DNA of 62,292 nucleotides, filler included. It is 4 parts of 4 records of this genome, joined end to end, with 100 filler letters (N's around TTAATTAATTAA, not from the genome) between each part and the next. Parts side by side here need not be neighbours in the genome. Positions count along the whole stretch, not along the records: positions 26,640 to 47,891 come from SRR20825006_1509; 3 more parts are not named here. One strand, written 5' to 3'. Each line of letters starts with the position of its first letter. Positions within the stretch are counted from its first letter, which is position 1. The position numbers and the translations under genes were made by a program. The notes beneath the pieces were generated by a model, which saw only the letters and a list, made by a program, of their open reading frames with translations, had not been told where the DNA came from and did not search any database. Shown here in pieces: positions 28,641-38,311 of this stretch.

Positions 28641-29111
28641 ATGTTACGTACGACTTCTGTCCCGGATTGCCTTTGTGCAGTCTTGTTTCTCAGTGCTTTG
28701 AGCACGTTCGTCGCCTGCGGTCCATCAGGCATTTCCCTCTCGGGTACCGCAACGATCGATGGATCTCCCATCGAGAAAGGCAAAATCAGCTTGGTACCCA
28801 AGGCAAACGTCGACTCACCGACGGCGATGGCGCCCATCATCGATGGCAAATTCACCATCCCGCCTGAATCGCAATTGCGGGAAGGCAGCTTTGATTTGCG
28901 TGTCAGCGTCACCGCCGACCGAACTCCCAAGGCTCAATTGACCTTCTTGAAAGGAGGCAACAAGGCGGCTGTTGGGACTGCTATTAACCAAGCTCTGAAA
29001 GATGCCCCACCATCCGAAGAAAGTTTTACATCTGAATTCGAGGTTTCCGGATCGGACGATGAAATCCAGCTCGAGTTCAAACGCGAAACGGTTCCGCCAA
29101 AGCGACGATAG
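28641..29111 (+). CDS. Small lipoprotein, carboxypeptidase-regulatory-like type that typically follows DUF1559
   Basis: FVAC lipobox; SGTATIDGSPIEKGKI and IIDGKFTI motifs. Confidence 0.75.
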   Translation: MLRTTSVPDCLCAVLFLSALSTFVACGPSGISLSGTATIDGSPIEKGKISLVPKANVDSPTAMAPIIDGKFTIPPESQLREGSFDLRVSVTADRTPKAQLTFLKGGNKAAVGTAINQALKDAPPSEESFTSEFEVSGSDDEIQLEFKRETVPPKRR

Positions 29112-29527
29112 CGTTCAGCGAATCCGACCTGGGCGATAGCAGCAATCGGCCGCGACATGACGCTCTCGCTCGACTCCATATTGGGCAAGATGAGTGCAAC
29201 GAAAATGCTCCATCTAGAGATTGGCGCAGGTTGCCCTGCCAGCAACGACCGAACGGAAAGCTCCGCCAATGATTCAGCACAAAGCGTCCAGCTCAATCGT
29301 TTCGTTGCTCGCATGAGAAGTCATCTCTGATTGGCGAAATTGCTTCGCCCGATGGCGCTGACCGATGGCGATTGAGGCGGACATTCATTAGCTTCAGGCG
29401 AGCTCGCTTTGTTCTTTCGCAAAGCATTCTGCAACTTGCCTCAAAATCACTCGACACGATCTATCGATACGACCTCAAGTTTGTATCTGCACCCCTGATC
29501 CCACATCCAAAGTTAAATCGATTGCCC

Positions 29528-31642
29528 ATGCTCGTTCGTTGCCTTCTTGCGTACCTGCTCCTTGCCTCGACCACTTTCATTGCCGCGGCCGAGGTATCCA
29601 TCGTTCCATTGCCGACCAAGGTCGAACCGGGCGACGGCGTGAATCTGATTCTGCCAAGCATGATCTCCGTCGAGTCGCCGCCCATTTCGGGCTGGAGCGA
29701 TCATCTGGAGATTTTTGGCGAGCATCTCGAACGCATGACCGCCGGGAAGCATCAGTTGCAAACTTCCGACGCGAACAATCCTGTGCTTCTGATATCGCAC
29801 GCACCAAACCTGTCTCCGGAAGCCTACACGCTTTCGATCACTCAAGAGCAAATCCAGATAGAAGCCTCGTCAATCAAGGGCTTCGCTCACTCCACCGCGA
29901 CACTTCTGCAACTGATTGGCGGAAGCCAATCGGATTCGATTCCTCCAATGCGTATCGAAGACGCACCCAAGGTGTCGTATCGCAATTTCATGATCGACAT
30001 GGGACGCAACCCTCACAGTCTTGCGTTGTTGAAGGAAGCGATCGACCTGCTTTGGTTCTACAAAATCGATTCAGTGCAACTGCACCTCACTGATGACCAA
30101 CGCATCGCCTTTCCGTCCACCGCCTTTCCCAAACTGTGGGACGGAAAAATCACACTGCCCGAATTCATCGAACTCGAACGATACGCGGTCCAACGAGGCG
30201 TGACGATCATTCCCGAATTAGAAGTCCCCGGCCACTCGGAATTGCTACGACGCAACTATCCCGAGGTCTTTGGCAAAACGGGAACGGACCTGACGAAATC
30301 ACCCAAAGCCATCGAAGGCATCAAAACTTTGTTGGACGAGATGATTGCGGTTTTTTCTTCCTCACCCTACATCCATATCGGTGGCGACGAGGCGTTTGGC
30401 GTTCCTGAGAATCTGCAGCGTGATCTGATCAATGAATTGCACGCTTACTTGAGGACTCGAGGCAAGGAAACTTTGGTCTGGGAAGGCCCCGCCCCAGGCT
30501 CAGGCGACAACCGAGTCCATCCGGAAGTGATTCATCTCAATTGGCGAACAATCAACTATCCGGCCGATCAGATGGTCAAAAATGGACATCGAGTGATCAA
30601 CGCTTCCTGGGATCCGTTGTACTTGGTGGATCATTATCCGCGCACCAATTTCACGATGACTTCGCCTCAGCACATCTATGAAACGATGTCGCTAACGAAG
30701 TTCAAACATGTGAATCCACAAATCCAAACGTACGCGAATCCAATCGAGGTTGATTCCACCGACAAACTCATCGGCTTCTGCATGCCATGGTGGGAAGGTC
30801 GCGAAGAGAACTTCGTTCAGCAGACCTTTCCACGGTTGATCTCATTTGCCGAAGTCGCATGGAACCCCGACACGAAACGCGATTACCAGAACTTTCAACA
30901 ACGCACGTCGCAAACCGAACTTGCTCGCATTGCCGCGTTCTATCCGGTTTCGATCGAAACGACCCGAATGCTCGTCCCTGACGATGGCATCTTCGATCGA
31001 TCGACGCAGGTGACACTTCAAATGCCGAACGTCAGCGGTGCCTCCTCCCAATCGGGCGTCGAGATCCGCTACACAACCGATGGTTCGGAACCAACGAAAG
31101 ATTCCACTGTCTACCAACAACAATTCACGCTAATCGACGATGCAACCGTTCGCGCGACCGCATTCATCGGCGATTCGTCGATTGGCCATGGCAGCAGACA
31201 AAATCTGACGATGGTGGACAGCCAGGCTAACCTCGCGTTGCACAAACCGGTCACATCGAGCACAACCTCAGGCTCTCCATTTTCGGTCGAAAGAATCACC
31301 GATGGCGGCACAAACAACCTCGGCTTTTACCTGGGGTATCCTGCCGATCCGGAACCAATCCTTCTGACGATCGATTTGGAAGACGTTCAGACGGTCGAGC
31401 GAGTCAAGGTGTTCGCCTACAGCATTGCGGGCTCGTTTGAAAAGTACAGCATCGAAACATCCGTCAACGGAGTCGACTTTGAGGAGGTAGCGTCTCGAAT
31501 GGAGAAGCCCGCAGATCCCACTTCTCCGGTCGAGCATCGTTTTACTGCACGCCAAGTTCGCTATGTTCGTATCCGAACGCATGGCAACAAGGGTTACGTT
31601 TTCGATTCGTTCTCAAAGATCGTCGAAGTGCAAGTCTTCTGA
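29528..31642 (+). CDS. GH20 beta-N-acetylhexosaminidase with chitobiase C-terminal and F5/8 type C (CBM32-like) domains
   Basis: Signal peptide; RNFMIDMGR, HLTDDQ, PELEVPGH, catalytic HIGGDE; IRYTTDGSEPT; NLALHKPV...RYVRI. Confidence 0.93.
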   Translation: MLVRCLLAYLLLASTTFIAAAEVSIVPLPTKVEPGDGVNLILPSMISVESPPISGWSDHLEIFGEHLERMTAGKHQLQTSDANNPVLLISHAPNLSPEAYTLSITQEQIQIEASSIKGFAHSTATLLQLIGGSQSDSIPPMRIEDAPKVSYRNFMIDMGRNPHSLALLKEAIDLLWFYKIDSVQLHLTDDQRIAFPSTAFPKLWDGKITLPEFIELERYAVQRGVTIIPELEVPGHSELLRRNYPEVFGKTGTDLTKSPKAIEGIKTLLDEMIAVFSSSPYIHIGGDEAFGVPENLQRDLINELHAYLRTRGKETLVWEGPAPGSGDNRVHPEVIHLNWRTINYPADQMVKNGHRVINASWDPLYLVDHYPRTNFTMTSPQHIYETMSLTKFKHVNPQIQTYANPIEVDSTDKLIGFCMPWWEGREENFVQQTFPRLISFAEVAWNPDTKRDYQNFQQRTSQTELARIAAFYPVSIETTRMLVPDDGIFDRSTQVTLQMPNVSGASSQSGVEIRYTTDGSEPTKDSTVYQQQFTLIDDATVRATAFIGDSSIGHGSRQNLTMVDSQANLALHKPVTSSTTSGSPFSVERITDGGTNNLGFYLGYPADPEPILLTIDLEDVQTVERVKVFAYSIAGSFEKYSIETSVNGVDFEEVASRMEKPADPTSPVEHRFTARQVRYVRIRTHGNKGYVFDSFSKIVEVQVF

Positions 31643-31714
31643 GATCATTGAATCCACTCTCGAGCGGCATCTTCCTTCGCTGCTCGCACCTAAATCACCA
31701 ACCTGTGCAGGGAC

Positions 31715-33523
31715 ATGGCACTTTCACACGTCGACTACGCGATCATCATCGCGTTTTTTGTCATCACAACCTCGATCGGGCTTTTCGCGAGTCGGCGAGC
31801 GGGCAAAAGCTTCGCCGAATACTTTCTAGCCGGCGGCCAGATGAGTTGGTGGATGCTTGGCATCTCCATGGTCGCGACGACCTTTGCCGCCGATACACCC
31901 AACTTGGTCACCGGGATTGTTCGACGCGATGGCGTCAGCGGCAACTGGGTGTGGTGGGCCTTTTTGTTAACGGGTTTGCTGACCGTCTTTGTCTACGCCA
32001 GACTTTGGAAACGCAGCGGTGTTTCCACGGATCTTGAATTTTACGAACTTCGGTACAGTGGCAAGACAGCCGGATTTCTTCGTGGATTTCGTGCAATCTA
32101 TCTCGGCGTCATCTTCAATTGCTTGGTCATGGCCAACGTCATTTTGGCCGGCATTAAACTAGGTGGTGTCCTGGTCGGAGCGACTCCGATCCAGGTCGTG
32201 CTGGTCACCGGCACCATCACCGTCATCTACACGTTGCTGGGTGGCTTACGCGGCGTGATCTTGACGGATTGTTTCCAGTTCATCGTTGCGATGTTCGGCG
32301 CGATCGCGGCGGCCTACGTGGTTTGCAATTTGCCTGAGGTCGGCGGTTTCTCCAACCTGCTTCAACATGAAGAGGTCCGATCCAAAACAGCGTTGCTGCC
32401 CAACTTCAGCGACATGGACGCATTGATACCGCTCATGATCATTCCGTTTGCCGTGCAATGGTGGAGCGGTTGGTACCCCGGATCGGAACCGGGCGGCGGC
32501 GGCTATGTGGCTCAGCGAATGTTGGGGGCACGCAGCGAAAAAGACGCCACGTTGGCAACGCTGCTGTTTCAAGCGGCCCACTACGCATTGCGACCGTGGC
32601 CGTGGATCATCGTGGCTCTCGCTTCGATCGTTGTATTCCCAAACCTAGAAAGCATTCAGGTTGCTTTTCCCGACATCGATCCACAGATTGTCCAAGACGA
32701 TCTCGCCTATCCAGCAATGCTGACTTATCTGCCCAGCGGATTGCTGGGGATCGTAATCGCCAGTTTGATTGCGGCGTTCATGTCAACGATTTCAACGCAT
32801 TTGAACTGGGGCGCGTCGTACATCGCACACGATTTCTACCGACGTTTTGTGAATCCAGACGCGACCGAACAACGCTTGGTAGCCACAGGACGCTGGGCCA
32901 CGGTCGGTTTGATGATTGTCGCGGGCGCGGTTGCATTGACCCTGGAAAGTGCAATGGAAAGCTTTGGGATCATTCTCCAAATTGGTGCTGGCACTGGGCT
33001 GATCTACATCTTGCGATGGTTTTGGTGGCGGATCAATGCATTCACCGAAATCACTGGCATGGCGGTCTCATTAGCTATCGCGATGTTCTTCAAGTTTGGA
33101 TACTCGCACACGGGGCTACCCGAACTGAATTCATGGCAACAGCTTTTGACAGGCGTCGTGATCACGACGGTGTCTTGGATGCTGGTCACATTCCTTTCTC
33201 CGCCGACCGACCGCGAAACTCTCAAACGATTTGTCACGAAGATTCGACCCGGCGGTGCTGGATGGAAATCGATCCGAGATGAGTTGGCCGACAGCGGAAT
33301 CCACGTTGCAACCGGCGATTCAATCACCGCTGGCTTGAAAGCTATGATGGCATCAACATTCCTGGTCTATTCCGCGTTGTTCAGCACGGGTTACTTGCTT
33401 TACCAATCGTGGTTGTGCCTAGCAGTTAGCCTGAGCGTATGCGTCGCATCGGCGATCGCATTGTGGAAAACTTGGCCGTCACTACAAATCGATGGACCTA
33501 TACGTGCATCCGACCAATCATAG
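31715..33523 (+). CDS. Sodium:solute symporter
   Basis: EYFLAG, SMVATTFAADTP, YVAQRML and AAFMST motifs; many TM helices. Confidence 0.93.
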   Translation: MALSHVDYAIIIAFFVITTSIGLFASRRAGKSFAEYFLAGGQMSWWMLGISMVATTFAADTPNLVTGIVRRDGVSGNWVWWAFLLTGLLTVFVYARLWKRSGVSTDLEFYELRYSGKTAGFLRGFRAIYLGVIFNCLVMANVILAGIKLGGVLVGATPIQVVLVTGTITVIYTLLGGLRGVILTDCFQFIVAMFGAIAAAYVVCNLPEVGGFSNLLQHEEVRSKTALLPNFSDMDALIPLMIIPFAVQWWSGWYPGSEPGGGGYVAQRMLGARSEKDATLATLLFQAAHYALRPWPWIIVALASIVVFPNLESIQVAFPDIDPQIVQDDLAYPAMLTYLPSGLLGIVIASLIAAFMSTISTHLNWGASYIAHDFYRRFVNPDATEQRLVATGRWATVGLMIVAGAVALTLESAMESFGIILQIGAGTGLIYILRWFWWRINAFTEITGMAVSLAIAMFFKFGYSHTGLPELNSWQQLLTGVVITTVSWMLVTFLSPPTDRETLKRFVTKIRPGGAGWKSIRDELADSGIHVATGDSITAGLKAMMASTFLVYSALFSTGYLLYQSWLCLAVSLSVCVASAIALWKTWPSLQIDGPIRASDQS

Positions 33524-33565
33524 TTGACGGCGGTACAAGTTCGCACATCTTGATTCAAGCGATCG

Positions 33566-34390
33566 TCATTGCTTTGCCTCTGACAAAACGTCTGCCAATT
33601 CGTTCAAGTCGTTGACAATCACGTCGGGCTCTTGGACGTTGGAATACAAAACCGCACCTGGCCTTTTCACGAATGCGGTTTGCAACCCGACGTTCTTCGC
33701 CCCAGCCAAATCCCACGCATGCGCGGCGACCATCAAAACCTCGCCGGGCTGAACACCCAAGTCATCCAAAACCATTTGATAGGTGTCTGGGTGAGGCTTG
33801 TACTTCTTGATTTGATCGATGCTGTAGCGCTTTTCGAACAGCTCAGTGAGGCCGGCGTTCTTCAATTGCGTCTCAACACCAACCTTCGAAGAGTTCGTCA
33901 AACTCACCAATCGAAACCCCTGTTTTAACAGCCGTTCCAATCCTTCTCGAACGTCCGCGTGAGCAGGCAAGGACCGCAAGGAATGACCGATCGCAGCATT
34001 CGCGGATTCTCGATCCAGCTCGATCCCTTCTCGTTCGGCAACCATCATCAACGCGGCCGTTCCGATTTCACTAAAGTCGTGATATTCACCCGACATTGTT
34101 TCCACCAACGAGTAGTGCAGCATATTGGAGAACCACAGCGGCAGAAGGTCTTCTCGACCATTCAAAGCCTCTCCAACCGACTTCGTCAGTCCCGCCAGAT
34201 CGAGCAACGTTTCATTCACATCAAACACGATCACTTTGGGAGCTGTCACCTTTGAGTCCTTTTCTGTTTGAATGGCGGCGGACGATTGCTTCGCGTTTGC
34301 AGCCTCGTTTTGCGTCTCTTGAGCTCGCGAAATGTTCGCGAAAACAATTGCAATCAGTGGGGCAAGAAGAAGAAAGGATCGCATTGGCAT
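33566..34390 (-). CDS. Haloacid dehalogenase type II with N-terminal signal peptide
   Basis: FDVNETLLD, LTNS, YKPHP and AAHAWD motifs. Confidence 0.9.
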   Translation of the reverse strand: MPMRSFLLLAPLIAIVFANISRAQETQNEAANAKQSSAAIQTEKDSKVTAPKVIVFDVNETLLDLAGLTKSVGEALNGREDLLPLWFSNMLHYSLVETMSGEYHDFSEIGTAALMMVAEREGIELDRESANAAIGHSLRSLPAHADVREGLERLLKQGFRLVSLTNSSKVGVETQLKNAGLTELFEKRYSIDQIKKYKPHPDTYQMVLDDLGVQPGEVLMVAAHAWDLAGAKNVGLQTAFVKRPGAVLYSNVQEPDVIVNDLNELADVLSEAKQ

Positions 34391-34528
34391 GAAAACACCG
34401 ACAGGGAATCAAATAGAGAGACAGTGTGCAAGCGTTGTGTGCTCGCTGCTCTTCAAAATGATTATCGCCGTGGACGAACCGCCGAGACAAAGTCGAACGT
34501 TCACGTCGCTACGGCGAATTGCGATCAC

Positions 34529-35110
34529 TTAAGCAAGCATTCGTTCGGCCTGGTTCGCAACCTGCCGCAAAGCCAATCCGTCAAACACACCGCGACCGAG
34601 AACACGCGTACCGACCAGCATCGCGACCAACGCTTTCGCGGTCGATGCAGGTTCGTTGGTTGCCGGAATGGTCTTCAAATCTTGTCCCCGACGGATGGAT
34701 GCTTCGAAGAAGCCCACGATTTCCTCGAAAGCGACCGCCACCATTTGCTGGACCTTTGCTTCGTGCCGGGAATAGTCCAAAGCCGTGTTCACCAGGAAGC
34801 ACCCCCGCTTGCATGGGTCTTCAAGCGAATCCGTCACCACACCGTCAAAGAACAACAGGATCGCTTGCTTTGGATCGTCGACCTCTCGTAACCGATTGAG
34901 AATCGTTTGCCGTGTGGCTTGGTCGTATCGCAACAACGACTCCACAAACAATTCATCCTTGCCATCGAACGCGTTGTACAAACTGCCACGTTGAATACCG
35001 GTTGCACGAGTGATGTCGGAGATGGAAGTGGCGGCATAGCCCTTCTCCCAAAACAGATGCATCGACTGCTCGACGACGTCGGACTTTTCAAATGACTTTT
35101 CCCAGGGCAT
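34529..35110 (-). CDS. TetR/AcrR family regulator (ComR/NemR-like)
   Basis: FWEKGYAATS...SLYNAFDGK HTH; GCFLVN. Confidence 0.93.
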   Translation of the reverse strand: MPWEKSFEKSDVVEQSMHLFWEKGYAATSISDITRATGIQRGSLYNAFDGKDELFVESLLRYDQATRQTILNRLREVDDPKQAILLFFDGVVTDSLEDPCKRGCFLVNTALDYSRHEAKVQQMVAVAFEEIVGFFEASIRRGQDLKTIPATNEPASTAKALVAMLVGTRVLGRGVFDGLALRQVANQAERMLA

Positions 35111-35151
35111 CAGCGTTCCTTGTGCAGCGGACTCAGTTTGTGATAACCAGC

Positions 35152-35165
35152 TTGATCGCGGTCAA
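35152..35165. promoter_or_regulatory. Candidate TetR operator
   Basis: TTGATCGCGGTCAA near-palindrome (6 of 7 pairs) about 40 nt upstream of the TetR start. Confidence 0.4.
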
Positions 35166-35238
35166 TGTCTTGTGAATGTCTTCATGCAGTCATCAAACCA
35201 CTCGTTTGGCGGGTGAATCCAAAGCGTTTAAAAATGCG

Positions 35239-35266
35239 TTGACAGCCAAAGGCTCGTAGATAGAAT
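35239..35266 (+). promoter_or_regulatory. Sigma70 promoter for the riboswitch transcript
   Basis: TTGACA-N16-TAGAAT ending 7 nt before riboswitch P1. Confidence 0.75.
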
Positions 35267-35273
35267 CGCCGAC

Positions 35274-35497
35274 GTCCGAGGTGACTGATTTGGTTTCTGC
35301 CGAGTCAGTGAACAGGGAACTCCGGTGAAATTCCGGGACGGTCCGGCCGCTGTGTGCCGCCAGAGATCTTCCAAGTGAAGTCTCATTGTTTGCTTTTCTA
35401 TTCAGCCATTGCTCGTGTTTTCGCGTTTCAACGTGAACGTGAGTGAGAAGGCCATGAGCGAACAAAATGGTGGTGAGTCAGAAGACCTACCTCGTAC
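35274..35497 (+). ncRNA. Cobalamin (B12) riboswitch
   Basis: AACAGGGAActccGGTGAAATTCCgggACGGTCCGGCCGCTGT core, GCCATTG, GAGAAGGC, B12 box AGTCAGAAGACCTACC; P1 pairing of 35274-35282 with 35489-35497. Confidence 0.93.
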
Positions 35498-35748
35498 AAG
35501 ACGTTTTGGTGCCTTCTTGGATTAAGGCGAACGTTGCAACGTGAATCGACAAGAACGCAATGCTTTTATCGAGCTTGCAATGGTCGACACGTTGGATTTC
35601 CGTCACCAGCTTCTGAATCCTGTTCTCGACACTCGCGTTCTCCCACGCTAATCGTCTCACATTCGCACGGCCAATTTCGCCGCGGAAGTTGAGTCTACGA
35701 GGAAGATATGCGCTGCCGGAATCTGGTTCAAAGCGGAGCCCGTTTCGA

Positions 35749-36732
35749 ATGTCAATCATGCTCAAGCTTCCCTCGAGTCTCCATCTCCACCTGCGAAACC
35801 TATTTAACACCCCACAGTCAAAACGCAGTCACTGCCTGATCATTTTTGCACTCCTATCACTTTGGCAAATCGCGGCGCCACCCGCGAAAGCCGATGTGGT
35901 GGTTGATTTTGAAAGCCAGGATTTGGGAGGTTCGGGTGTCTACAATGGCCCTGTCCCGAACGCCGACGTCGTTCCTGGTACATACGGTGGAAATGATCAC
36001 ATCGGTGTTTTCTCCGCCGATGGAATCGGCTTTTCCAACAGCTACAACGACTTATACGGAAGCTGGAGCGGTTTCGCGGTTTCCAATCACACCGATAACT
36101 TGACGCCGGGATATACCAATCAATTCAGCGCCTTTGCGGGTTCTGGATCGGGTGGATCAGACAACTACGCGGTCGCGTTTGGCTACGCCAACTCAACGCC
36201 GACAAACGTCAACACGTTGACGGCCTTACCGAGCATCTATTTGCCGGATGGGGAAACAGCGAGCAGCGCAGACATAACCAACGCCACCTACGCTGGTCTA
36301 TCAATGCGCGATGGCGACTCGTTCGCAAAGCAATTTGGTGGAGTCACAGGGTCGGCCCCGGACTTCTTCAAACTTTCGATATTTGGCATAGATGCCAACA
36401 ACCAAATACTCGACACGACGATCGATGTTTTCCTGGCAGACTTCCGGTTCACAGATTCTCTTCAGGACTACATTCTGGACGACTGGATAACGATCGATCT
36501 CAGTTCGATGTCAGATGCTAGAAGTTTGCATTTCAATCTTTCATCCAGTGATGTCGGCCCATACGGAATGAACACACCCGGCTACTTCGCGTTGGACAAC
36601 TTTGCCACCGTGACGGCGGTTCCCGAACCGAGCTCGTTGGCGATCATCGGAAGCGTGCTATTGGGAACCGTCATCCGACGACGTCGACTATCCAAACGCA
36701 TCCAAGAAACCGCCGGAACTGAACTTGTTTGA
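35749..36732 (+). CDS. DUF4465 domain protein with PEP-CTERM sorting signal (putative B12-binding surface protein)
   Basis: Signal peptide ending AKA; WSGFAVSN, TNATYA, FLADFR and GMNTPGYFALDN DUF4465 motifs; VPEPSS-TM-RRRR tail. Start uncertain (35749 or 35758). Confidence 0.88.
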   Translation: MSIMLKLPSSLHLHLRNLFNTPQSKRSHCLIIFALLSLWQIAAPPAKADVVVDFESQDLGGSGVYNGPVPNADVVPGTYGGNDHIGVFSADGIGFSNSYNDLYGSWSGFAVSNHTDNLTPGYTNQFSAFAGSGSGGSDNYAVAFGYANSTPTNVNTLTALPSIYLPDGETASSADITNATYAGLSMRDGDSFAKQFGGVTGSAPDFFKLSIFGIDANNQILDTTIDVFLADFRFTDSLQDYILDDWITIDLSSMSDARSLHFNLSSSDVGPYGMNTPGYFALDNFATVTAVPEPSSLAIIGSVLLGTVIRRRRLSKRIQETAGTELV

Positions 36733-36738
36733 CCGAGA

Positions 36739-38241
36739 TCAGTCGCCGGCGCGTCGCTTGAGTGAACCACTTTCGGCATCAACGATCGCATTGAATTGAG
36801 AGATAAGTTTCTCATCGCCGAGACGACGTAGATTTTCTGCCAAAGCAACGTTGTCGGCGATACGAACGAAACGCTCATACTTGACCTTCGTTTTCGCTTG
36901 GTCCGTATCGGTTTCAGCAAGCAATTCGCGATACCTTGGATAGTCTGGGTGGTCTTCAATCGCTTCCACAAATTCGTCCTGGCGACTGGTCAACAGATCG
37001 ATCGAAACCGGGTTCAACACGTTCGCTAGCTCTGGCCATTTCCGTTCCAAATCTCTCGTGATCCGCCGACGCAAACCTTCTTCGGGTGACGAGCGTCGCC
37101 GGCGACGACTCGAACCACGGTTTTGATCCGATTGCGTTGTTTTCCAGGCGTCGGTGATCCTTTGATCTCCGGTTAACTCCAGTTGCTCGGACAAACCTTC
37201 CAAGATCGCTCGCTGAGAAGGCGTCGCCAGGCTCAGGATCAATGCGTACGACTCGTCGTTTCTCAATAACTTGGGATCGTCTTCGTCGAAGAAGCTGTGA
37301 ATACTCAGAAACTCACCCGAACTCATCACTGGTAAATCGATCGTGTCAGCGGTGATCACCGTGTAGGCGTGTGCTTCATCGAAGGACACCACACCATCGC
37401 CGTTGTAATCCGGGCGTTCAATCAAGCGTCCAGAACGATTTCGGCCCGACAGCGCAGCCCAAAAGTACGTGCTGTATTCAACGTAGCTGGCCTCGTCAAC
37501 TTCGGGCGTGCACCCTGATGCGGGACGATCGTGGACTGTTGCGAAAAAGCCAACTCGATTTTGGTCTGACAATCCTTTCTCAGGATCCCCTTCATTGAAA
37601 ATAAATCTAGCAAACCCGCCGGCATGGCACTGAACCATGATCGCAACAACCTCAACACCTTTGGGCAAGCCATCCAACATCTCGACGAACTCAGTCATGC
37701 GAATCACGCTGTTGTTCCAAGTCGCAATGGTCGTGTCATAAGGCGATTGACGATCGCTGCTTCGGCTTCCGTGAGCTGTAACATAAACGTAAAGTCGGTC
37801 GCCCGACTTCATCGTCTGCCCCACACCGCCAAACCATTTTCGGATGTTGTCGGGCTCGGTGCTGCCTTTCACATTTGGAATGTTGTGGTTCCGATATGAC
37901 AGCCCCAAGTCGTTGCTGCTACCAAAGAACTCCGCCATCAACCGGTTGGCTTTGGGAACCGAATTCGGATCCATCACTTGGAGGTCTTTGCCGACCGCAT
38001 CACCGTCAGAAAAGAAGACGTCGTTGTGCTCACCCAAAACACCTTGTTCGCCAAGCGCGCGCTGAGCGAACATCACGTTGTTCTCAAGCGATGCCTGATT
38101 GCCGGAGGGAGAGTAGCCACCGCCAATTGTCAGAAAGAAGTCTTCTGCACCGACAGCGGAGCAGCATCCCAACAGTAGAACTGGCACCAACCAGCAGAAA
38201 GATCGACGCATCTGAAGAAACAACCATGGTCGCGAGAGCAC
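36739..38241 (-). CDS. Secreted caspase/legumain-like (clan CD) cysteine peptidase
   Basis: Signal peptide; VYVTAHG and IMVQCHAGGF His/Cys dyad; DYNGDGVVSFDEA EF-hand-like loop. Confidence 0.7.
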   Translation of the reverse strand: MLSRPWLFLQMRRSFCWLVPVLLLGCCSAVGAEDFFLTIGGGYSPSGNQASLENNVMFAQRALGEQGVLGEHNDVFFSDGDAVGKDLQVMDPNSVPKANRLMAEFFGSSNDLGLSYRNHNIPNVKGSTEPDNIRKWFGGVGQTMKSGDRLYVYVTAHGSRSSDRQSPYDTTIATWNNSVIRMTEFVEMLDGLPKGVEVVAIMVQCHAGGFARFIFNEGDPEKGLSDQNRVGFFATVHDRPASGCTPEVDEASYVEYSTYFWAALSGRNRSGRLIERPDYNGDGVVSFDEAHAYTVITADTIDLPVMSSGEFLSIHSFFDEDDPKLLRNDESYALILSLATPSQRAILEGLSEQLELTGDQRITDAWKTTQSDQNRGSSRRRRRSSPEEGLRRRITRDLERKWPELANVLNPVSIDLLTSRQDEFVEAIEDHPDYPRYRELLAETDTDQAKTKVKYERFVRIADNVALAENLRRLGDEKLISQFNAIVDAESGSLKRRAGD

Positions 38242-38311
38242 GATGCCAACCGGGATTCGGTCAACGGAATCCGCAGTTTACCAAGCCAGCTCTCGTTGGT
38301 TTGTATCCTCT

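Noticed and set aside
15103-34390. Halogenase and haloacid dehalogenase as one halogen-cycling system
   Set aside because: They lie on different contigs from different organisms.
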